Part shown: one piece after another, positions 5,835 to 12,341 of the stretch
Position numbering within the stretch: position 1 is the first letter of the stretch
How the letters are laid out: every line of letters begins with the position of its first letter
NCBI RefSeq assembly: GCF_035285525.1
Contig: NZ_JAYKGW010000232.1
Span: 1-12,341 of the forward strand
Origin: Okeania sp.
Lineage (GTDB): Bacteria > Cyanobacteriota > Cyanobacteriia > Cyanobacteriales > Microcoleaceae
Reading direction: 5' to 3'
DNA length: 12,341 nucleotides
Translations under genes and position numbers: made by a program
Notes under the pieces: model-generated
Told to the model about the DNA's origin: nothing
Seen by the model: the letters and a program-made list of their open reading frames with translations, nothing else
Databases searched by the model: none

Positions 5835-5910
5835 CTGATAATACGGAAGACAAGACTAAAAATTAAGTGTATAAATAAAGAAGTATATTTTTTAAAGGTG
5901 CAAACAAATA

Positions 5911-8700
5911 ATGTCAGAATCACTTTTCACGGATAGTAGCGATCGCTCCCTAATACCTAGTAGTTTATCCAAGACAGAAAATTCTCAATTTTCTCTGATT
6001 CAGGAAGCAGAAATTATCTTAACAACTGGCGAAAGAACTACCAATTTTGATGATTATGGATTAGATTTAGAAACTGCCTTTCCTACCCATAAATATGAAA
6101 CAGAATCAGATGAATTTTTATTTACAGAATCAGAAATTTTTACTGTGGAACCAACACAAAATCCTATGGTTTTGAGGTCTGCTAGTCAAACCACAAAAGA
6201 TCCTCTAACAGGATTAGAAGATGAAGAAGAATTGATAGAAATATCTACTGTTGAAGAACCAGCTTTATTATTTGATGAAGTTCCTGAAAAAGGAGGAGTA
6301 AAAAGAAACTTTGAAAATTCACCGATAATTCGTCAGCGACAAATTAAATTAGACTTTAACCTTCTAGATAACACAGATAAATCAGACAAAATTATCAGAT
6401 TAAACTTATTTTCAGATGTCACCCTAGATGTCGAACTTGATCAAGTGAAAAGTTCACCAAATAAACAAGACTGGGTACGAACTGGTAAAGTAATAGGAGT
6501 CGAAAATAGTCAAGTGATTTTGATTAGTAGTAAAGATGAAAATAACATTTTAGGAGAAATTAGACTAGATTATTCAGAGCCAGAAAAAGCAAATGAATTT
6601 TATGAAATTCGTTCAACAGACAAAGGTAAATTTGTAGTAAATCAACTAGAAACTTCCTCCTTTTCTCAATGTTATTTTTGTGGAGGTAACCATGAAACAC
6701 CTAATCATCAAGATCAGGAATCAAATCTAGAAGATAGTCTGGGAAGTGGCAGTTTTGATAGTGTTTTTAATTCAATTGTCCGTCGAAAAATATCACCATT
6801 ATCTAATAATCAAAAAGTCGATAGTTTATTAACTAAAACTTTTTGGGATACAGGAGAAGACAATGTAATTACTTATAGCTTTTTATCAAATCAAGCAGTT
6901 AGTTCATATTATGGAAGAGAAAATCCATTATCACCAACTGACCCTGTTAAAAGAAATGTCAAAGAGATTTTCGATCGCTTTGAACAATATCTAGATGTCA
7001 CATTTAAAGAAGTAGCAGATACAGTAGATAACTACGGTCAAATACGCATCATGTTATCCAATGGACCATTAGCAGGTGAATCCCGTGGTTACACATATCA
7101 ACCACCAGATACAACAGAAAGTCCTATTGATGGAGATATACATTTATCATCTGTTTATCAACACGAATATGAGGATGTTCCGGGAAGTTATGGTTATATA
7201 ACTATTGCCCATGAAATAGGTCATGCTTTAGGTTTAAAACATCCTGGTAATTATAGTTCTGGAGAACCGTCTCCTTTCTTATCTTATGCTCAAGATAACA
7301 ATACTAATACTATGATGACTTACGTTGGTTTGGGTGGTTTTAATCAATATTCCACAACACCAATGCCTTATGATATTCAAAGTTTACAATATTTATATGG
7401 TAGAAATAACAACTTTAATTCCCAAAATACAACTTATTCATTTGATAGTATTTATGGATTTGATGATGGTAATCAATATTTAGGTAGTGCTGACAAAGGA
7501 ACAAAAGTAACGCTTTGGGATGGGGGTGGTTTTGATACTATCGACCTGTCAAAACTTCCCAGTTTAGAATTAAAAGATTTTAGTTATGATTATCGTATAG
7601 ATTTAAGAGAAGGTGGATTAATGACTACTGCTGATGCTTATAATAATCATGAATATATTGCATTTCAAGACACCAGTGGTACGAAATATAAAACCACTAC
7701 TTCTGGTACGGCGATCGCTTATGATACAGTTATTGAAAATCTAATTAATTCTGGTGGAGATGATGTAATTTATGCTAATAATGCTGCTAATAAATTTAGC
7801 GGTTATGCACCAGGAGAAAATACAGGAAATGATCAGATTTTTAAGACAAATCAAAAGGATATTTTAGACTTATCAGAATATAGTCGCTCTGAAGTTAAAA
7901 AAAGTCGAAAGAAGAAAGATTTAATCCTCGATTTAGGTGAAGAAAATGGTTCAATTACTATTGCTAATTATTATGGAGTTAAAGCAGCAAAGCGGATGAA
8001 AATTTTGTATGAGCAACCAACTAAACCGGAGATTACTATCAATGATATTACTGTAAGTGAGGGTGATAGTGGAACAGAGAAAGCAAAATTTACAATTAAT
8101 CTCAGCGAACCTAGTGACAAGACAGTAAAAGTTAATTTTGTCACCGCAAACGATACAGCAGAAGTAGGTTCAGACTATCGACGTCGTAAAGGAACTGTTA
8201 CTTTCAAACCAGGTCAAACTACAAAACAAATTACTGTACCAGTTTTAGGAGATACTGCTGATGAGTTCGATGAAGAGTTCTTTGTCAAACTTAGCAAACC
8301 CCGAAATGCTACTATTGCAGATAATAAAGGTGTGGCAACTATTAAAAATGATGATTTGACAAGTATTTCTATTAGTCCTGCTACCATCACCGAAGGTAAT
8401 ATTGGTAATAAGAAAGCTAGGTTTGCAGTAACTCTTGACCAAGAAAGTCCGAGGACAATAACAGTAGATTATAGAACTGAGGATAGTACAGCTATTGAGG
8501 GGTCAGATTATCGTTCCAAAACAGGTACGCTAACATTTAAACCTGGTCAGACAAAGAAGATAATTCAAGTACCTATTATTGGTGACCAAATAAAAGAAAT
8601 AGATGAATATTTTTGGGTACGATTAAGTAATTCTCAAAATGCAACCATAGACCAAGATAACCGTTTAGGTTTCGGAACTATTAAAGATAATGATAATTAG
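5911..8700 (+). CDS. Serralysin-like (M10B metzincin) zinc metalloprotease with short beta-roll region and two C-terminal Calx-beta domains
   Basis: 929 aa.
- Zinc motif HEIGHALGLKH at nt 7210-7242 (aa 434-444), the HExxHxxGxxH signature.
- Met-turn candidate TMMTY.
- Serralysin-like strings ITYSF, YDIQSLQYLYG, LWDGGGFDTIDLS and one RTX-like nonapeptide region INSGGDDVIYANNAAN.
- Two roughly 108-aa repeats (nt about 8029-8355 and 8356-8697) with the Calx-beta pattern I.I.D..V.EG......F.V.LS......V.V.Y.T.D.TA..G.DY....GT.TF.PG.T...I.VP...D...E.DE.F.V.LS.
- SD-like AAGGTG 10 nt before the ATG. Confidence 0.85.
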   Translation: MSESLFTDSSDRSLIPSSLSKTENSQFSLIQEAEIILTTGERTTNFDDYGLDLETAFPTHKYETESDEFLFTESEIFTVEPTQNPMVLRSASQTTKDPLTGLEDEEELIEISTVEEPALLFDEVPEKGGVKRNFENSPIIRQRQIKLDFNLLDNTDKSDKIIRLNLFSDVTLDVELDQVKSSPNKQDWVRTGKVIGVENSQVILISSKDENNILGEIRLDYSEPEKANEFYEIRSTDKGKFVVNQLETSSFSQCYFCGGNHETPNHQDQESNLEDSLGSGSFDSVFNSIVRRKISPLSNNQKVDSLLTKTFWDTGEDNVITYSFLSNQAVSSYYGRENPLSPTDPVKRNVKEIFDRFEQYLDVTFKEVADTVDNYGQIRIMLSNGPLAGESRGYTYQPPDTTESPIDGDIHLSSVYQHEYEDVPGSYGYITIAHEIGHALGLKHPGNYSSGEPSPFLSYAQDNNTNTMMTYVGLGGFNQYSTTPMPYDIQSLQYLYGRNNNFNSQNTTYSFDSIYGFDDGNQYLGSADKGTKVTLWDGGGFDTIDLSKLPSLELKDFSYDYRIDLREGGLMTTADAYNNHEYIAFQDTSGTKYKTTTSGTAIAYDTVIENLINSGGDDVIYANNAANKFSGYAPGENTGNDQIFKTNQKDILDLSEYSRSEVKKSRKKKDLILDLGEENGSITIANYYGVKAAKRMKILYEQPTKPEITINDITVSEGDSGTEKAKFTINLSEPSDKTVKVNFVTANDTAEVGSDYRRRKGTVTFKPGQTTKQITVPVLGDTADEFDEEFFVKLSKPRNATIADNKGVATIKNDDLTSISISPATITEGNIGNKKARFAVTLDQESPRTITVDYRTEDSTAIEGSDYRSKTGTLTFKPGQTKKIIQVPIIGDQIKEIDEYFWVRLSNSQNATIDQDNRLGFGTIKDNDN

Positions 8701-8789
8701 GGTTGGCTAAAAAAGTCTGCTAGTAAACTTCTCCAGAAAAGAGCTATAGAGGAAATAGGAAGAAAGAACAGATATCATCAATTTTTTTT

Positions 8790-8808
8790 CCCTACTCCCT
8801 ACTCCCTC
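8790..8808 (+). repeat. Short heptamer tandem CCCTACT x2.7
   Basis: CCCTACTCCCTACTCCCTC directly after a T8 run (8782-8789), in the spacer between the two large genes. Confidence 0.6.
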
Positions 8809-8896
8809 TTTTCTGAAGAGGTCTATTTGGAAAATCTCTAAAGTTAAGTTAAGATAAATAACTGCCATAAATTAATAATAAACAAATATAGTCATA

Positions 8897-11800
8897 ATGA
8901 GTAAAAAAAGGTATTTATATACACAGATTTTCCCAAAATTAACAGGTACATTACTAAGTTTAATGGTACTGCTACCAACCCCTGTTAGAGCTAATGTTTT
9001 ATTAGGGATAATTCGAGACTCAGAAAATACTAATGAATGGAATCAAATTATTACTCGAATAGACAATTTAGGTATTAGTTATCAACCAATTGATTTACAA
9101 CAAATAAATACATTAGCAGATTTATCTGGAATTAAAGTTATCTTTTTACCTAATATTCAAACTTTAACTAAAATTCAAGTAGAAACTTTAGAAGAATGGG
9201 TAAAACAGGGAGGAAAATTAATAGCAAGTGGGCAAATAGGAAGAAAATCTCAGGCAGGAGTCAGGCAAAAATTGCGATCGCTTCTGGGTTCATATTGGGC
9301 TTTTCCTTTAAGTCAACCTACTACCCCAGAGCCGAAATATCGTTGTTTAGATATTGCTTGCCAAGAATCTACAGGTTGGGCACCACAAACTAACAACCAA
9401 GATAAAGTAACAGGTGGAGTATTAATTCCAGCAGGTTTAAACAGCAGAACTGCTGCTACTTGGCAAGGAAGTTCTGGTTCAGCGGCAGTTGTCGTTAGTC
9501 CTCAAGCTACTTATTTAGGTTGGAACTGGGGAAATAATGGTTCTGCTACCGTAGATAGTATTTGGTTTCAAGCTATTTTAAATCGTTATCAAAACCAGCC
9601 ACAATTTAGTAATTCTTTAGCTACTACAAATAACTCCAATCCTGTTAAGATTAAACCCCGCACTTCTCCTTCCCCAACACCGAATAATGAAAATGTGAAT
9701 ATGATTAGGGTTCAACCGAGAACTACAGTTGTAAATTCTCCTGGAGATTTCAATAACAATCAACCTGGAACTAACCCTCAAAATCCGATTCCAGATGGGA
9801 ATAATATTCAGCTTAGAAGTCAGCAACAAACCACAAACATTCAACCTCAAGAAACCAACTTAAGTAGCAATAATAATTCAGTTCCGGAGACAACGACCCC
9901 TCCCCAAATTAATAATACTTTGCCCATATTTTCACAACAGAGAGACCAGAAAAATCAGACATCTGAAACTGTTAGCAGAGAAAATACTTCCGACAGCAAT
10001 ACTCGAAAAACTACCAATAACAGAATCCCGCAACAGAGACAGGAAGAAAATCCAAAAACGGAAACAGTCAGTAACAACGATGTTCCTGTTAATTCTGCTA
10101 ACAGCGATACTTCAGAACTTACCGATAAAGTCAGAGATTTTTGGGAAAGATTTCGAGAACGCAGAACAAATCCATCATCAAGCGGTAACTCTACAACAGC
10201 CTTACTTAGACCTCTACCAGCGCCAGCAGTACAAATACCCGATTTTGAAAAAGATCCTTCATCAAGTTCAGCACCTCCTGGTTTACAAATCAGACGAGGA
10301 AACTATCCCATTAGTAGGTCTCAAAGTTATGCCATGATACAGGAGTTAAATAACCTCCTGGGTAGATTTGAAAGTGCTTTGGTAGCAGCTCAGTCAGCAA
10401 ATGTAGAAGTAAATTTGGCAGCAGATGACGTGACCATGGTAGCTGCTAATAATGACCAAACCACATTTATGGCTCAGAGAAATCAAAAAATTGAAAATGC
10501 TCAACAAGTAGCAAGTACAGCACGACAGGTAATTCAACAATTTCCCCAACTGGTAACAGCTAGACAATATGCTACCGCTAGAGATCAATGGCTCAACACT
10601 AGGCAAATGTTGTGGAATAACTACCCCACTGACGGCGAAAGAGCAGGAGCTGAGATTCGAGCTGTTTGGTTAGACCGGGGAACCATTGTCAGAGCAAGGT
10701 CAGAACGAGGTTTGGCATCAGTATTTGACCGACTCGCTGCTGCTGGTATTAATACTGTTTTCTTTGAAACTATTAATGCTGGTTATACGATTTACCCCAG
10801 TAATATTGCTCCCAAACAGAATCCTTTGACAACTTCTTGGGATCCTTTGGCAGCAGCGGTAAAGTTAGCCCATGAAAGAAATATGGAAATCCATGCTTGG
10901 ATGTGGACGTTTGCAGTAGGAAATAGAGCGCACAACCGTGCTGTTGGTCAACCAGATAGTTATTTGGGTCCAGTGATTACGGCACATCCTAGTTGGGTGA
11001 TGACGGATAATAGAGGTCGCCAAAGACATCCTAATGACACAAAGGTTTATATGGATCCAGCTAATCCTTATGTGCGTCAATATCTACTCAAGCTCATAGA
11101 TGAAATTGCTAGTCGCTATGACGTTGATGGGATTCAGCTTGACTATATTCGTTACCCGTTTCAAGACTATAGTCGGAATTTTTCTTATGGTTATAGTACG
11201 ACCGCCAGAAATCAATTTCGGCAGTTACATGGGATAGACCCGATGAGAATTTCCTGGCGCGATCGCCAGAATTTGTCGAAATGGAATCAGTTTAAAGTTA
11301 ATCAAGTTAATAGTTTTGTTGCCAATACTTCTCAGTTTCTCAAACAGAAATATCCAAATTTGATTCTTTCGGCGGCAGTTTTCCCTTTTCCTCGAAATGA
11401 ACGCTTTTACAAAATTCAGCAAGACTGGGAAACTTGGGTTAGTAATGGGGAGATTGATTTACTGACTCCCATGACTTATGCTTTGGATACGAATCGTTTT
11501 CAGCAAATTACACAACCGCTGGCAAACACGGGAGTATTAGGTAGTACATTAATAACCCCAGCAGTTAAACTGTTGAATATTCCGGAGATAGTGGCAGTAG
11601 ACCAAATTCAAGCAGCACGGGATTTGCCAACAGGAGGTTATATTATTTTTGCTGCCGAAAGAATTACTGGTGGTTTGCATGGATTTTTGACTCGCACTCA
11701 AGGTGCGTCAGAAACAGGTAATGGTAACAGAGCGTCATTAAATGCTTTTGTTAAACCTGCTTATGTTGTGGAGGGTTTAATTCCTTATCGTCAACCTTTT

Positions 11801-12139
11801 GCCGCAGCAGCAGATCGTTTTCAAGCTTTGAAAAAAGAATGGAGTTTTTTATTAGGAAATCAGCAAATTTCTTTGGCAGAATCTGACATTAAAAGTTGGC
11901 GTGAGGAGGCTGAAGATTTGGCATTAGCTTTAGAAAAATTGGCAGATAATCCTAATAGTAATAATTTGAATAAAGCCAAAAGTAATTTAAGGAAATTTCA
12001 GTTAAAGTTTAGAAATTTAATGACAGTTCATGCTAGAGGAAATCCTTATCAAGTTCAGACTTGGCAAAATCGTTTAAGTTCTTTGGAAATGTTGTTAAAT
12101 TATGGTGAGCGGGTAAAGTTAAATAGCGAGCGTTTTTAA
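8897..12139 (+). CDS. Secreted multidomain glycoside-hydrolase-like family 10 (GHL10 / DUF187, YddW-DigH-like) protein
   Basis: 1080 aa.
- N-terminal signal peptide: K/R-rich n-region, LTGTLLSLMVLLPTPVRA hydrophobic core, VRA-N cleavage-like site (nt 8897-8992).
- An alpha/beta module at aa about 35-235 (IKVIFLPN...LEEWVKQGGKLIASG).
- An N/Q/P/T/S-rich low-complexity linker at aa about 235-470 (nt about 9599-10307).
- A GHL10-type TIM-barrel region from aa 587 (nt 10655), with IRAVWLDRG, AAAGINTVFFE, NMEIHAWMW, YMDPANPYVRQYL, VDGIQLDYIRYP and LLTPMTYA. Confidence 0.8.
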   Translation: MSKKRYLYTQIFPKLTGTLLSLMVLLPTPVRANVLLGIIRDSENTNEWNQIITRIDNLGISYQPIDLQQINTLADLSGIKVIFLPNIQTLTKIQVETLEEWVKQGGKLIASGQIGRKSQAGVRQKLRSLLGSYWAFPLSQPTTPEPKYRCLDIACQESTGWAPQTNNQDKVTGGVLIPAGLNSRTAATWQGSSGSAAVVVSPQATYLGWNWGNNGSATVDSIWFQAILNRYQNQPQFSNSLATTNNSNPVKIKPRTSPSPTPNNENVNMIRVQPRTTVVNSPGDFNNNQPGTNPQNPIPDGNNIQLRSQQQTTNIQPQETNLSSNNNSVPETTTPPQINNTLPIFSQQRDQKNQTSETVSRENTSDSNTRKTTNNRIPQQRQEENPKTETVSNNDVPVNSANSDTSELTDKVRDFWERFRERRTNPSSSGNSTTALLRPLPAPAVQIPDFEKDPSSSSAPPGLQIRRGNYPISRSQSYAMIQELNNLLGRFESALVAAQSANVEVNLAADDVTMVAANNDQTTFMAQRNQKIENAQQVASTARQVIQQFPQLVTARQYATARDQWLNTRQMLWNNYPTDGERAGAEIRAVWLDRGTIVRARSERGLASVFDRLAAAGINTVFFETINAGYTIYPSNIAPKQNPLTTSWDPLAAAVKLAHERNMEIHAWMWTFAVGNRAHNRAVGQPDSYLGPVITAHPSWVMTDNRGRQRHPNDTKVYMDPANPYVRQYLLKLIDEIASRYDVDGIQLDYIRYPFQDYSRNFSYGYSTTARNQFRQLHGIDPMRISWRDRQNLSKWNQFKVNQVNSFVANTSQFLKQKYPNLILSAAVFPFPRNERFYKIQQDWETWVSNGEIDLLTPMTYALDTNRFQQITQPLANTGVLGSTLITPAVKLLNIPEIVAVDQIQAARDLPTGGYIIFAAERITGGLHGFLTRTQGASETGNGNRASLNAFVKPAYVVEGLIPYRQPFAAAADRFQALKKEWSFLLGNQQISLAESDIKSWREEAEDLALALEKLADNPNSNNLNKAKSNLRKFQLKFRNLMTVHARGNPYQVQTWQNRLSSLEMLLNYGERVKLNSERF

Positions 12140-12167
12140 GTTTATCAGGAAGGCAGAAGCGTAGGGT

Positions 12168-12341
12168 AGGGGCGGGTTTATGCAGAAATTTTTATACTAC
12201 TCTAGGATTTATACAAACCCGCCCCTGAGACGGTGGTTTATATCATTGGGGGCGGGTTTGTGTAATTTCTAGATGAGAGTCGTTAACTCACTTGTTAAAC
12301 CCGCCCCTGAGACGGTGGTTTATATCATTGGGGGCGGGTTT
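12168..12341 (+). repeat. Array of GGGGCGGGTTT / AAACCCGCCCC palindromic units: a perfect 45-nt repeat (12215-12259, 12297-12341) with unique 35- and 37-nt intervening segments, truncated by the window end
   Basis: AAACCCGCCCCTGAGACGGTGGTTTATATCATTGGGGGCGGGTTT occurs twice, identically, with period 82. A partial unit AGGGGCGGGTTT at 12168-12179 precedes it. The intervening segments 12180-12214 and 12260-12296 are unrelated to each other. The array starts 29 nt after the stop of the GHL10 gene. Confidence 0.85.

Noticed and set aside
8029-8697. The two Calx-beta-coding segments as a DNA-level tandem duplication or variable-repeat target
   Set aside because: Similarity is evident at the protein-motif level only. 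The nucleotide sequences are clearly diverged, and nothing suggests recent duplication or a diversity-generating mechanism. No reverse transcriptase or template repeat is present in the window.
8245-11422. Seven short track ORFs embedded in or antisense to the two large genes (8245-8442, 9196-9393, 9617-9850, 10080-10337, 10394-10606, 10865-11080, 11225-11422)
   Set aside because: Each is 65-85 aa, lies wholly inside a long ORF with strong domain signatures, and has odd composition (C/R/I-rich). These are shadow ORFs.

Overview
AT-rich cyanobacterial chromosomal segment. The taxon call rests on six HIP1 octamers GCGATCGC (starts 2995, 3200, 5939, 7711, 9274, 11259), heptamer STRR-type tandem repeats and an xisH/xisI pair. 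All family calls come from motif recognition by eye; no searches were run.

Seven protein genes look intact:
- a HAD-superfamily phosphatase (641-1306 +);
- a DUF2281-like antitoxin (3655-3879 +);
- a PIN-domain toxin (3879-4337 +), whose frame has no ATG/GTG/TTG start before its catalytic motif and is therefore missing from the supplied ORF track;
- an overlapping xisH-xisI pair (5187-4427, minus strand);
- a 929-aa serralysin-like metzincin ending in two Calx-beta domains (5911-8700 +);
- a 1080-aa signal-peptide-bearing GHL10/YddW-like protein with a long N/Q/P/T/S-rich linker (8897-12139 +).

An eighth gene, a GT-C (GT39/ArnT-like) membrane glycosyltransferase (1885-3552, minus strand), is broken by two single-base indels.

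Intergenic DNA is unusually repeat-dense:
- two families of short hairpin repeats upstream of the HAD gene;
- a 30-bp perfect palindrome fused to 17 heptamer repeats inside a MITE-like inverted-repeat frame;
- related palindromes at 1403 and 5647;
- a perfect 15-bp hairpin plus AATTATT x5;
- at the right edge, an array-like run of a perfect 45-nt repeat separated by unique 35-37 nt segments, cut off by the window end.

I saw no rRNA or tRNA genes and no cas, transposase or integrase genes. The most noteworthy block is 3.6-5.2 kb, where two convergent modules each pair a nuclease-fold protein with a small partner, between a decayed gene and a 723-bp ORF-free spacer.
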